Below, in pieces: positions 8,801 to 19,045 of a stretch of DNA of 64,000 bases; positions within the stretch are counted from its first letter, which is position 1, and every line of letters starts with the position of its first letter. The position numbers and the translations under genes were made by a program. The notes under the pieces were generated by a model. It was not told where the DNA came from. It ran no database searches and saw only the letters and a program-made list of their open reading frames with translations. Origin of the DNA: a virus; the IMG/VR virus record IMGVR_UViG_3300034101_003866, positions 1-64,000 of that record. The stretch is one strand, 5' to 3'.

Positions 8801-11800
8801 ACTAATATTTTTTCAGCAGAAATAAAGGATAAGTTTGGAAATTATTCTTTTGAAGTTGCTACAAAATATGTTGATACTTCTAATGGTAATCAAATAATTG
8901 TTAAATCACAAAGATTATTTTCATATTTCAAGCCAGTAACTCCTACTCCAACAGTAACAGTTTCTCCAACTAAAACAATAACCCCAACACCAACAAACCT
9001 TAAGAATAATTTAAGACCACAAAATCCACGAGTAACGGTTGGAAATAAATGTGCGTATGTAACATGGACTCCTCCAACAAATAATCAATTTACAGAAAGT
9101 ATGGGTTTCCCTCCTTCTGGCGTAAATTTTGAACTCGTAGGATATGAAGCATACTATGTTAACAGTGCTGAGTCATCAATAGTTAATCCTAAAACAAATA
9201 GTAAATGGATACCAGCATTAGATGGAATATTATTGCCAACAAACAAAACAAATATAACAATAAATGATTTAAAATTAGTTAATAATAGTTATTCATGTAA
9301 AATATCTAGCGTTTATCGTAGAGTCGGATATGTTCCATTATCATCTGAATTAATTAATAGTTTTAGTGATCCATATATTAAAAAATACGATTCTCCAGAA
9401 GTACAATTTAACACTACTACATCGCCACAAGATGTTAGTAATAGTCCAAATGCCTTAATGGCTAAAGAATCATATCCTGGAGTAATAGATTTATCTTGGA
9501 ATCAACCAAATGATAGATCTCTTGCGGGATTTAATTTTACTGATCAGTACTTTATAAATATTAGGGGACCAATTAATGATTCTGGAGATATTTCTTGGAT
9601 AGAATACGAAAAACATATTGGCAATAGACCATACTACTCATATAAAACTCCATATAGCGGATCTTATAGTTTTGAAATTATGGCAAATTATAATGTTCCA
9701 ACTGTCAAAGATTATAATAGCGATGGAGAAATCGACGTATTGGATCAGATAGAATTACTAAGTAATGAAACACTATTAAAATATGGAGTATTATCTAAAC
9801 CAATTGAGGTCGATGCTGCTAAATATAATAATGACATTGATTATATAGTTATAACTTGTGAATTTGATAGTGGGGATTTAAATTTAAGATCCCGTATGAT
9901 TTCTCCGAATTTAGGTCAAAACTCAGCAGATGATTATTTAGGAACAGGAAAAAAATTCACTTGGTATCCTGATCAAGCAGGCGCCCCAATATTAAAATGG
10001 GTAGGAGATAAGGGCGGCGCCCCGTCATATGAGTCTATAATAATTGATTTGAAAAAATTTAAAATTAATAATCCCAATGATCAAATATTAAAGTTAGATA
10101 TTAGAGGTTATTGGGACGGAGATATTAATTCTACTCCAATTAAAATATATGCTGATACATATCAAGAAGGAGAACAAGATTCTTATGATTTGAAAAAATT
10201 TATTAATTATATATCTTATAATAGAATAAATGCGCCAGATAAAATAGTACTAAGCTCAAATAAGGATTCTGGAGAGAGAATAACTGTAGTTGACTATAAC
10301 TTATTAACAAAACAATTAACATTTAATAATAATGATTTTAGTAGTCCATTTATAGGAGTTACGCCGACTCCAACAGTTAGCATAACACAAACTCAAACAC
10401 GAACAACAACTCCAACAGTAACACCAACAAAGAAATTAATATCCTTTGCAGGATGTTCTTTAGATATTGATGCTGGTATTTTAGTTAATTCGTTACGAGG
10501 AAATCAAATATGTTTATTAATTAATTTACCAGATATAGCATGTCTAACTAATTCTAGATTTTCTAATTTAGAAATTAGTGCAATCGAGGTTGGATCTTTA
10601 TCTTATAATTCAAGGGCATCAGACAGAACTTCAACAAGTCTAGGAACCGCCACTGTTCCATTTACTGATATATTATCTGGCGGAGGAAGTTGGAACTCAA
10701 CATCTTTTGATAAAGCAAGAATTTGGTCAGAAGGATCTTCTTATGGATATAAAAATCCAATATCTAATAATGGATCAACTGACAGCACTATCTTATTTAT
10801 GAAAAATGATTGGATTATAGATACAAATAAAATTTATTATATACAAATTAGATTGTCTGATGATAGTGGATTTTATAGTCAATATTTTTATAGTAATTAT
10901 ATTGGAAACAAACTTAATATACCTGGTAATTTTACATATAATACAAGATCTGATATAAGATCGTCTGGATTTGGACAAAAGGTTGTTGATTTAGGAGAAC
11001 CAACTCCAACTCCTACAAGAACACCAACAATTACGCAAACGATGACGCCAAGTATAACTCCAACAGTAACACCAACGGAGAAATTGCTAGAGTTAGATCT
11101 TAATATGTGTCAACCATCATATATTGATGCTTGTACAGTTATTGTAGAAGATTTCCGACCAATAAAACGTTATTCAGTTTTGTATATTGGTAATACTTGT
11201 GGTGATGTGCTACCTTCTGGACTAGAATATTTCTTAGAACGTTATTTTGCTTTTGGGAGTTGGGTTAATGGTGGCTGGGTTGGGGTATGGATTCCAACAG
11301 ACGGAAGAATAGAGTTTGTCCCAGGTGATGTTACAAGATTTAGAGTTACTATTATAGATAAAGTTAATAACAAAAAATCAAGCAGTTTAGTCTCGAATAC
11401 TGTTGGATACTCTATCCCAATATGTGGACCTCCGCCAAGTCAAACTCCAACAAATACGAAAAACGCGCCAACACCAACAATAACACCAACAATAACAAAA
11501 ACACCAACAACAACACAAACAGTAACACCAACCTTAACAAAAACGCTCACAAGAACACCTACTATAACACCAACAATAACTCCTACAATAACAACAACAA
11601 TCACACCAACACCATCGACAACAGAAAATACTATTTTATGTAAGAGTTTTAACCCAGGTAATGCAAATTTATTTATTGATGCTGCAATATTAAGCAATTC
11701 CACCAGAGCAAATCAACCTTGCTTATTAATTAATGTGTCTAATATTAATTGTATTAAATATTATAATGAAATAAAAATTGAACCATTTATGTTTGGTGGA

Positions 11801-14800
11801 GGTTATCAGATTGTTAATGGGATGGTTAATGAAGAAAATCTAGATTATGTACCAGATATGGATCCTATAATTATTCCAATAAAAGACATTATATCAGGAA
11901 CTGGTATTTTTAATGCAACTCCCCTTGATAAAGCAAGGATTTGGACGGAAGGTTCGTCTTATGGATATGTCAATCCATTAAGTCAAACAAGTAACTTATG
12001 GAATGGAGATAGTAATACTACTAATCATACTATATTATTTATGTCTAGTAAATGGACAGCAAATACAAATATGACATATACATTTAAAGTTAATTTAGGG
12101 TCTAATAATAGAAATGTATATAGTAATTTTATGGGTCCATTAGCTACAGGGAATTTTAAATATGTTAATCGTAGTGATATGAAAGTATCAAATTTTGGAC
12201 CAAGACCAATGATTGTGGAATTAACTCCAACACCAACAGTTACTCAAACAAAATCATTAACACCAACACCAACTAAATCTCCAACACCAACAAAATCACT
12301 AACACCTACTATAACTCCAACGCCAACAAAATATGTAGTTAGTAACTTTAATTTATTTAAGAATGACCCATATGCTCCTCAAAATTTTACAATTAATAAA
12401 TATTTAGGATCTTATTTAGTGGAATTTAATGGATCTCTTAATAAAATAATACCATATACTACTCAAATTCAATATCTTAAATTAAATTCATATAGTTTAG
12501 TTATTTATGCGAGATATGGTTACTCTCCATCTTGGAATACATTAAAAGAATTTCTTATTAAACCAGAAGATGTGGTGGCAGGCGACAAGTCCGTATTCCC
12601 AATCACTTTTACCGATTTAGACATAGAAGACGAACCATATAATTTTAATTATAATATTTCTGAATTTGATAAACGAAATAGATTAATATATAGAATAGGA
12701 TTAATTGCTAATTATAGCGACTCGACAGCTTTCCCAAGAGGCATAGGGAAAATAGCAGAGAATGATGAGGGATTAAGTGTCGATGGTATTGTTAATAATA
12801 CTGGCGCTGGATATGTACCAGAGTTTTATAGATCTGCTGGATTTTATGAATTAGATCCTGCAGATATATCATTGAACGATAGTCAATTAATTAATCCATT
12901 AGCTCCTAAACTGTTATCTATAGATAATCAGGGAAAATTTTCTTTTGAAATACCACAAACTTCATTATGTAGACCTACAGTAAAATCTGTTTTTGAAATT
13001 GTGTCATTCAACTCTCCTACAATCAAAGAGAATTTACAAGCATATCCTATGAGCTTATATTATACATTAACAGGGAATAATATTGGCACCTCAACATACT
13101 ACTATAAAGGTTCACGTTTACCAGCTGGAACTTATGCTGGAAGAATTAGGGTTTATTACTCTGATCGCTCAACCACTTTTGGAGCTAACGACTCAATTGT
13201 TTCAAATACTATATCTTTCACAGTTGATTCACAAACAGCTCCGATACCGACAAATACAAATGTAAATACTGGTTCTGATAGAACAATAAGAAATTTAAGT
13301 GTATTTGGAGGAAATAGTAGTATATATATAGGTTTTGATCAGCCAGTTAAAACTAAAGATGATGGATTATTAGGATATAAAGTTTATTATAGTAGTGATA
13401 ATGGAGTAAGTTGGGTCTTCTCTGATCCAGATCCTTATGACAGGGGAATCTATGTTTCATATGGTATCGAAAATATTCCATATGAATATAGACCAATCGC
13501 TGGAATACTATACTCATTTACCGTGCCATCAAATGGAGATTACTTAGTAAAAGTGGTATCAGAATATTCTGGTATTGATGGATCAAGTTATATTAATCCA
13601 AAAACATATGAAGTAATTTCTAATAAAGTATCAACAATTTCTACTTTAGAAACTCCGTTTTCTCCAACTATTAATTATAGTTTTGAAAAATATAAAGATA
13701 GTCCGGCTATTCGTTTTAATATAGTTGATAATGATAATTCTGCAACCTACGCCATAGTGTTAGACACATTAGCTCTTGGTGATCAAATAATTGATGCTAC
13801 TACTAATGAAATAAAATATGTTATTAATTCTTTTATTGGATTTAATAATGTATCTGATGCAACCAAACAATTAATATTTTCTGATCGTGAATTTATTAAA
13901 CCGGGAAGAACATATTATTTAAAGTTAACTAATAATAGTAATTATAAATTAAGTATTTTAAAGAGACAAAAAGTATGGACAACTGCTTCTACAACATATC
14001 CTTATAATGTTTATGTTGATAGTTTAAGCAAGGAATACGTCATAGGGAATAATTTAGCTACTGCAACTCCAACACCAACATCCACAAGATTACCACAACC
14101 ATCTCCAACTCCAACAAGAACTCCGGTTCCATTAACACCTGTTGAAAGAGCCTCATCGTCAGATTCTCCAACATTTGATATGGAATTAGAAACTAATCCA
14201 GTTACAGGAGATTATGATATAGTTATAAAAATTATTCCATTACAAAATAATCGTAATAACTTTAAATACGTTTCCAATTCAAGTTCTGTACAAAGTTTTG
14301 CTTCGGCCACGGCCAGTTTGCCAAAAACATCTCAGGATAATTGTGGAACATCAACTTATTCATATAGTGTTGGTGATAATATTGGTTATCCAAATATAGA
14401 TCGAGGGTTGGATCTTGCTCATATAATATTTTATAAAACATCTATTAATGGTAAAACAGCCATTGATTTAACGGATGCCAGTGGAACGAGGTCAGTATTT
14501 TATGGAGTAAGATATGGTGATGATAATTCATTGAGTCCAATATATAAAATAAAATTTACAAGATCTCAATTTTCCTTATTAACAAAAGAATTAGGAAATG
14601 GACAATATCAAATATATGCAGAAATTTCTCTTATATATAGAGGATCGCAAAGAAGATATATTGTTAGAAATACTAATTATCAGCAAACAAATACCACTGT
14701 TGGTTGTGCAAGTAGAGGGGGTGGGTTTTTTACAGATCCGACATTCACCATTTACACAGATGCGGCCTCGTCATTCCCATATAGAACAGTATATAGAACA

Positions 14801-15298
14801 TTACAAGTTCCATTCTCTCCGTCATATGGGCCTGATAAAATTTGGTTAAATAATGGAAAGTTCTATATTAGCGATAATATGTCAACTTATTTAAATCCAT
14901 TAGGAACAGTATTAAGAACTATATCTGCTAACGACAGTGATGGAACAGCATTGATAAGCGGATCAAAGGCCAATGTTCCATCTTGTGTTACCTGTTTTGG
15001 ATATGGAATTACAAACCCAACAACATTATCTGCTATTATGGATTTTAGCTGCTCTCTACAATTAAAATCAGTTTCATTTATATTATATAATAGTGATAAT
15101 TCTTTTACTTCTCCAAATATAGTTTTTGAAACATCAATAGATGGTATAACATGGACATCGGTAGCGGCAACAGTAACTCCGTTCTTCTACAGCCGAGAAA
15201 TAGGATTACCTGTTGATAGATCTTGTAGGTACTTTAGAATACGCACAACAGTATCAAGTCAAAAACTTGTTTTAGCAAAATTTGCACCAAAATTTTAA
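5801..15298 (+). CDS. giant multidomain surface/virion fibre-like protein (Fn3 repeats, BNR propeller, Thr/Pro linkers, C-terminal discoidin-like domain)
   Basis: Fn3 patterns (WNNP...YQFRVVAVN; AYVTWDAP...GYRVYY), Asp-box SxDGGxTW repeats, TPTPT linkers, FETSIDGITWT...RYFRIR. Confidence 0.8.
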   Translation: MSNFSLIVAGNQHITLGWNNPGNLQARESRYRVQYRVKTSVTATFSANWVDHGTLYIANTPPSNILYTVNGLINGYYYQFRVVAVNNTNNVEREIFTTVNNSIADWTPYDSADGGGQAVRNLNLSYVGQRPKLIWTTPSVLRGAQGEFGSIGGPDNSYVIQYKLSSPSVSWPKDTSGLNRQGYKIIDAVVDIGINSYLFPVGALVSGQTYDIRVSSLRTQQYVDNPLLDKNLSYFTTNDPTVEPQEFANSGAVTIPITRIQRPIWSKVLTVVAVAPTTPTPTQTQSLTPTKTRIPQVSQTRTPTKSLTPTRTPTKPPLQITATPTSSKPSIQTTATPTNTKVNVVTQTPINQTSNKILFLPASIGKDKTWNSIGQNLEKITYTNGNTIIGVYNGKIYKSLDNGSTWNSYTINSSNSNKVENTFTFTDYQALLGNVLRLSSVPPFSSLDRYADGMSVSEFDNQGVLIPYVYDMDFSDDGQIVYAIARTIIYPESTKTQSAILRFSPSFPTSILYKSTDGGTTWKILSFEKDSRIIHGACVCSGDGQKLALMSEKYLYYYSDSWVVSQLAVSDDGGNTMSIVFSDNGQQILRNISIAKNSNKVLFAALVNPGTANTITSIMLYDFAKKTINILSDKFNNRFGNSPLGARIHVESEIIKFGKESLGIGVIDISNDGNTIAYIQDNAAGDRYLAISTNGGDSFNYIGRYFVGNPYRIAINNKKIIYYTTVMFDIEGIQSENGGETWSTIGKIPLTPYGTAGLTSFIKQLRFMDSGNKLVITAFNNTDNTAQRPSKNSTRPVFISQESPSTNNPQITPTRSSASTITRTPTKTRPSVTPTPLGKAVRNIEIVGGNECAYVTWDAPEQTVNLIGYRVYYLQSVNSLSIAANDPRWIPAAFGYTFPINMRNTLVANLANSTKLFIKIESVYSDNIHSIVMNNIVDSPQYNKYTDNSPNISLTQSTPSLSNLSWSNPIDQTIGNLICTREYSVIFYKDNILEYQSEYNTNIFSAEIKDKFGNYSFEVATKYVDTSNGNQIIVKSQRLFSYFKPVTPTPTVTVSPTKTITPTPTNLKNNLRPQNPRVTVGNKCAYVTWTPPTNNQFTESMGFPPSGVNFELVGYEAYYVNSAESSIVNPKTNSKWIPALDGILLPTNKTNITINDLKLVNNSYSCKISSVYRRVGYVPLSSELINSFSDPYIKKYDSPEVQFNTTTSPQDVSNSPNALMAKESYPGVIDLSWNQPNDRSLAGFNFTDQYFINIRGPINDSGDISWIEYEKHIGNRPYYSYKTPYSGSYSFEIMANYNVPTVKDYNSDGEIDVLDQIELLSNETLLKYGVLSKPIEVDAAKYNNDIDYIVITCEFDSGDLNLRSRMISPNLGQNSADDYLGTGKKFTWYPDQAGAPILKWVGDKGGAPSYESIIIDLKKFKINNPNDQILKLDIRGYWDGDINSTPIKIYADTYQEGEQDSYDLKKFINYISYNRINAPDKIVLSSNKDSGERITVVDYNLLTKQLTFNNNDFSSPFIGVTPTPTVSITQTQTRTTTPTVTPTKKLISFAGCSLDIDAGILVNSLRGNQICLLINLPDIACLTNSRFSNLEISAIEVGSLSYNSRASDRTSTSLGTATVPFTDILSGGGSWNSTSFDKARIWSEGSSYGYKNPISNNGSTDSTILFMKNDWIIDTNKIYYIQIRLSDDSGFYSQYFYSNYIGNKLNIPGNFTYNTRSDIRSSGFGQKVVDLGEPTPTPTRTPTITQTMTPSITPTVTPTEKLLELDLNMCQPSYIDACTVIVEDFRPIKRYSVLYIGNTCGDVLPSGLEYFLERYFAFGSWVNGGWVGVWIPTDGRIEFVPGDVTRFRVTIIDKVNNKKSSSLVSNTVGYSIPICGPPPSQTPTNTKNAPTPTITPTITKTPTTTQTVTPTLTKTLTRTPTITPTITPTITTTITPTPSTTENTILCKSFNPGNANLFIDAAILSNSTRANQPCLLINVSNINCIKYYNEIKIEPFMFGGGYQIVNGMVNEENLDYVPDMDPIIIPIKDIISGTGIFNATPLDKARIWTEGSSYGYVNPLSQTSNLWNGDSNTTNHTILFMSSKWTANTNMTYTFKVNLGSNNRNVYSNFMGPLATGNFKYVNRSDMKVSNFGPRPMIVELTPTPTVTQTKSLTPTPTKSPTPTKSLTPTITPTPTKYVVSNFNLFKNDPYAPQNFTINKYLGSYLVEFNGSLNKIIPYTTQIQYLKLNSYSLVIYARYGYSPSWNTLKEFLIKPEDVVAGDKSVFPITFTDLDIEDEPYNFNYNISEFDKRNRLIYRIGLIANYSDSTAFPRGIGKIAENDEGLSVDGIVNNTGAGYVPEFYRSAGFYELDPADISLNDSQLINPLAPKLLSIDNQGKFSFEIPQTSLCRPTVKSVFEIVSFNSPTIKENLQAYPMSLYYTLTGNNIGTSTYYYKGSRLPAGTYAGRIRVYYSDRSTTFGANDSIVSNTISFTVDSQTAPIPTNTNVNTGSDRTIRNLSVFGGNSSIYIGFDQPVKTKDDGLLGYKVYYSSDNGVSWVFSDPDPYDRGIYVSYGIENIPYEYRPIAGILYSFTVPSNGDYLVKVVSEYSGIDGSSYINPKTYEVISNKVSTISTLETPFSPTINYSFEKYKDSPAIRFNIVDNDNSATYAIVLDTLALGDQIIDATTNEIKYVINSFIGFNNVSDATKQLIFSDREFIKPGRTYYLKLTNNSNYKLSILKRQKVWTTASTTYPYNVYVDSLSKEYVIGNNLATATPTPTSTRLPQPSPTPTRTPVPLTPVERASSSDSPTFDMELETNPVTGDYDIVIKIIPLQNNRNNFKYVSNSSSVQSFASATASLPKTSQDNCGTSTYSYSVGDNIGYPNIDRGLDLAHIIFYKTSINGKTAIDLTDASGTRSVFYGVRYGDDNSLSPIYKIKFTRSQFSLLTKELGNGQYQIYAEISLIYRGSQRRYIVRNTNYQQTNTTVGCASRGGGFFTDPTFTIYTDAASSFPYRTVYRTLQVPFSPSYGPDKIWLNNGKFYISDNMSTYLNPLGTVLRTISANDSDGTALISGSKANVPSCVTCFGYGITNPTTLSAIMDFSCSLQLKSVSFILYNSDNSFTSPNIVFETSIDGITWTSVAATVTPFFYSREIGLPVDRSCRYFRIRTTVSSQKLVLAKFAPKF
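11430..11620 (+). repeat. low-complexity coding repeat (ACACCAACAATA-type, TPTI units)
   Basis: tandem acaccaacaata/acaccaacaaca units; similar tracts near 6630, 8230, 8935, 10360, 11000, 12220, 14060, 15355 and 16360. Confidence 0.85.
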
Positions 15299-15310
15299 AG
15301 AAATAATATT

Positions 15311-18300
15311 ATGAGTAATAATCCTAAAATTGATATTGATAAAAATTGTGAAGTGACACGAACTCCAGAAAAGAGTCCAACTCCGACACGAACAACCACA
15401 CGAACTCCCAAGGTTACAAGAACAGTAACAAAATCATTAACACCTACTCCTTCAGTAACCAAGTCATCAACTCCAACACGAACAGTAACAAAAAGTCCAA
15501 CTCAAACAATAACTCCAACAAAAACTATTACTGGAACAGTAACAAATACTCCAACAAATACAGTTACAGCAACTGTAACAAAAACAGTAACACCAACAAT
15601 AAGTATCAGTCCAACAAAGACTATAACCCCAACTACAACAAAAACAGTAACGCCAACTCTAAGTCCTTCTAGTCCAAATCAGCCAGATTCAAATACAAAT
15701 ATAGCACTAGCAGGGTGGGATTATGTAAATGGAAGAGTAGCATCTTTTACAAATACTATGGGAGTAGAAGATTTATCTGATATTAATTATAGACAATTGG
15801 TTCTTAATACAATTAATTGGTTAGTAAAAAATAAATCAAATCCTAAAATACTAATTTTAAATCCTAATAACGATTTATACGAAAATGCTTTAGGTTCTGT
15901 TCTTGGTGCTATATCTAATAATATAACTTATACTAGTGAGAATTGGTCTAATTTTACTGGAATTTCTTTAAACAATACGTACGATATTATTTTACCATTA
16001 ATGAATTATAATTGGAGTATTGCAAATACTATGCCAATTGATGGACAGTTAGCTATTTCTAATTTTATCATAAATGGCGGATCAATGTTAACTTGTGAGT
16101 GGATGATGTGGAGAATAGCAATTGCTTCTGTAAATGTAAATAATATGAATACATTAGAACAGCTATTACCTTGTGTAGTATCAAGTCAGTATTCAAATAG
16201 AACAAAATTAAGATATCAATTATCATTTTATGATAGTATCATATCTAATAATATTCCATCAGATTTTATGTGGACCCCAACAGATATAGCGGGTGTAGAG
16301 ACTAATATTAGCATAGCAAAACCAGGAGCAAAGATTTTTTATAATAGCGTGCCAGCATTTACAACCTCGGCAACTCCTACTCCGACACCAACAATTACTC
16401 CAACTATCACCATCACAATCACTCCAAGTACAACACCTCCTAATATTGTAAATAATGGTGATGTTCCGCCAGGAAATAATAGTGCAAATTATAATAGTCA
16501 AGCATTTTGGGATGGCAAAGCTAATGTAACAACTGTGGGTTCAAATGGAGGACCAAGTGCATATGGTGCATTTGATATGATTGGAAATGTATATCAGTGG
16601 ACTGATTATGGTCTATCATCAAATGTTCGTGGGTTTGCTGGAGTATCTCATCATAATAATATTTTTTTTAATGGGAGAGATGGTGTAACCACGCCAAATA
16701 CAAAAACAAGTTTTACTGGTTTTCGTGTTGCAAGTTTGTCTAATCCATTTAATTTTTCTAATTTTGTAGATGTTAATGATAGACAAAATGCAGCAAGTAG
16801 TCTGGGTTTTGGTGCTGTTGCTTATGATTATAAAATTGGAAAATATCTTGTAACTAACTGTGAATATGTTGAGTTTTTAAATATTGTAGCAAGGACGGAT
16901 ATTAATAGCACTTATTATAATGAAGCTACAACTGGTATTGGTATTAACAGAAATGGAACTTCAGGAAGTTATACTTATACTGCTAAGACTAATTATGGAA
17001 ATAAACCGGTAGTTGGTGTTAGTTGGTTTGAATGTGCAAGATATTGTAATTGGTTGCACAATAATAAAGCCAATATTACAGAAACTGGCGCGTATACATT
17101 AAATGCAATGAATATAAATGCAGTAGTTAAGAATAATGATGCAAAATACCATATACCGCATCCTGATGAATGGTATAAAGCAGCGTATTATAAATCGGGC
17201 AGTCAGACTGCTGGTTATTGGGCTTACCCAACACAAAGTAACACATTGCCTTCTTCGGTTACAGCAGATTCTGCTGGAAATGGCCCTGTTACTTCATTGT
17301 ATACTTGTTTAGGAGTAACTCCTGTTAATACTTCAAATATTCCAATTAATCCTATAAGAACTTGTTTAGATAATTTTCAAGGATTGATATATGGAATAGA
17401 AGCAAACACAAGTATAATTGGATTAACTTCAGGAGCAAAATGGACAAATCTTTATACCTCTAGAAATAGTAGCTCAGAATTAGGCAGCATTACTAGAGGA
17501 GTGGCAACAACAAGCAATAATATCTCTTTTATCGAAGGAGAAATTGTATTTATAGATACGAGATCATCATTATTACTACCACAATTAAATATTACTGGTC
17601 ATTATCAAATACAATCAGCATCAAATGATTTGTTAAAAATACAGTGTTTAACACTTAATAAAAGAATAATGTCAAATCGAAATGATATGCCGGGATCTAG
17701 TGCTAACAGATCAAATATAACCTACGGAGCAGTATCGTCTGATAATACTAAGTTATATATTATAGGACAAGCTCTCAATTCGTTTACAGTATTAGATATT
17801 TTAACAAATAAAGTTATTAGAACTATTACTCTGCCATATGATAGTCCTACTAAAATAGTTGTGAGTTCACAATTTAAAAAAATATATATTGCTTGTCGAA
17901 ATAATATCGTAGCAATGGATGAGGATACATATAATATATACGGAGGATTAGAATTTCCATTAGGATTAGTATGTAGAGATATGGTAATAGATGAGTCAAC
18001 AACATCAACTGTAGATTTATATGTTATTGATGCCACAAAAGTATATAGAGTAGTAGATAGTCAGGGTTTTCTTTCCTTGTATAGAACCATAACTTTATCC
18101 AATGTGGGTGGAAGTTTTTATCAAATATTTATTATTGATTCTAAATATTATATAATAATTCAAGGAAATGCAACTACATCATATGTTGTTTTTGATATAG
18201 ATAATATGTCTAATACAGGACCAGATATATTAGTTAGTAACTATACAAGATTTAAATTCTCAGCATACGGATATGCAGTATATGATAAACTTAGTAAAAA

Positions 18301-18661
18301 ACTATACATAGCAGATACTACTGATAGTTTTGTTTCTATAATTGATACTCTTACTAATACTGAAATTGGAACATTAGACACAAATAGTTTATCTGGTGCA
18401 AAAGGGTATATGGCTCTTAATGAGCAAACACAATTATTGTATTTAGCAAGTACTAGACCTGGTAATCCGATCCCGATGATAGAAATATTTGATCTAAATA
18501 CGAATACTAAGATATCAGATATGATTGATGTCAATAGTTATGGAATTAGTGATATGATAGTCTCTAATGTTGATATATTAAAATATCCAAAAAGTAGATT
18601 ATATATAATTAGGAATGGCGTTAATACTGTAGATACTATTGCTATTGATGATGGAAGTTGA
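15311..18661 (+). CDS. multidomain protein: Thr/Pro tract, permuted FGE-sulfatase/C-type-lectin-fold domain, C-terminal YVTN-like beta-propeller
   Basis: YGAFDMIGNVYQW, GFRVAS, KYLVTNCEY, PVVGVSW, DEWYKAA; propeller-type repeats KLYIAD...VSIIDTLTN. Confidence 0.8.
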   Translation: MSNNPKIDIDKNCEVTRTPEKSPTPTRTTTRTPKVTRTVTKSLTPTPSVTKSSTPTRTVTKSPTQTITPTKTITGTVTNTPTNTVTATVTKTVTPTISISPTKTITPTTTKTVTPTLSPSSPNQPDSNTNIALAGWDYVNGRVASFTNTMGVEDLSDINYRQLVLNTINWLVKNKSNPKILILNPNNDLYENALGSVLGAISNNITYTSENWSNFTGISLNNTYDIILPLMNYNWSIANTMPIDGQLAISNFIINGGSMLTCEWMMWRIAIASVNVNNMNTLEQLLPCVVSSQYSNRTKLRYQLSFYDSIISNNIPSDFMWTPTDIAGVETNISIAKPGAKIFYNSVPAFTTSATPTPTPTITPTITITITPSTTPPNIVNNGDVPPGNNSANYNSQAFWDGKANVTTVGSNGGPSAYGAFDMIGNVYQWTDYGLSSNVRGFAGVSHHNNIFFNGRDGVTTPNTKTSFTGFRVASLSNPFNFSNFVDVNDRQNAASSLGFGAVAYDYKIGKYLVTNCEYVEFLNIVARTDINSTYYNEATTGIGINRNGTSGSYTYTAKTNYGNKPVVGVSWFECARYCNWLHNNKANITETGAYTLNAMNINAVVKNNDAKYHIPHPDEWYKAAYYKSGSQTAGYWAYPTQSNTLPSSVTADSAGNGPVTSLYTCLGVTPVNTSNIPINPIRTCLDNFQGLIYGIEANTSIIGLTSGAKWTNLYTSRNSSSELGSITRGVATTSNNISFIEGEIVFIDTRSSLLLPQLNITGHYQIQSASNDLLKIQCLTLNKRIMSNRNDMPGSSANRSNITYGAVSSDNTKLYIIGQALNSFTVLDILTNKVIRTITLPYDSPTKIVVSSQFKKIYIACRNNIVAMDEDTYNIYGGLEFPLGLVCRDMVIDESTTSTVDLYVIDATKVYRVVDSQGFLSLYRTITLSNVGGSFYQIFIIDSKYYIIIQGNATTSYVVFDIDNMSNTGPDILVSNYTRFKFSAYGYAVYDKLSKKLYIADTTDSFVSIIDTLTNTEIGTLDTNSLSGAKGYMALNEQTQLLYLASTRPGNPIPMIEIFDLNTNTKISDMIDVNSYGISDMIVSNVDILKYPKSRLYIIRNGVNTVDTIAIDDGS

Positions 18662-18673
18662 ATATTCTTATAT

Positions 18674-19045
18674 ATGTTTAATTTTTATTCTAGCAGATCA
18701 TCGCAGTGGAACAATGTAAGAAAACAACATCTTAAAGAAAATAATAGTTGTTGTGCTTGTGGTAAAAAAGATAAACTAGAGGTTCATCATATTGAACCAT
18801 ATCATGTTAATCCAAATAGAGAATTAGATCCTTCAAATTTGACAACATTATGCAAGAGTTGCCATTTCACTATTGGTCATTTAATGGATTGGAATAGTTG
18901 GAATATTGATGTTATTAATGATAGTAGGGTGTATTTAAATAAGGTAAAGAATCGACCTTATCAAACAAGGATTCAGAGCAATGAAGACTATAGTTTATTT
19001 AATCGTTGCTTTTATTGGATACTCAATAAGTTTAGCGGGAACTAG
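18674..19045 (+). CDS. HNH endonuclease
   Basis: CCACG...LEVHHI...NLTTLCKSCH. Confidence 0.85.
   Translation: MFNFYSSRSSQWNNVRKQHLKENNSCCACGKKDKLEVHHIEPYHVNPNRELDPSNLTTLCKSCHFTIGHLMDWNSWNIDVINDSRVYLNKVKNRPYQTRIQSNEDYSLFNRCFYWILNKFSGN

Noticed and set aside
11422-11703. Alternative-frame ORFs (Asn-rich + strand, Val/Gly-rich - strand) and a CRISPR-like look of the repeats
   Set aside because: These are shadows of the Thr/Pro codon repeats; there is no constant repeat with unique spacers
16600-16740. Diversity-generating retroelement targeting the FGE/CLec domain
   Set aside because: No reverse transcriptase and no template-repeat copy seen in this window; it cannot be excluded elsewhere in the genome
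5177-19045. ORFs 5177, 5801, 15311 and 18674 are all in the same frame, suggesting stop-codon readthrough into one giant protein
   Set aside because: The first junction has two consecutive TAA stops, each ORF has its own ATG, and the last is an unrelated HNH; chance is sufficient
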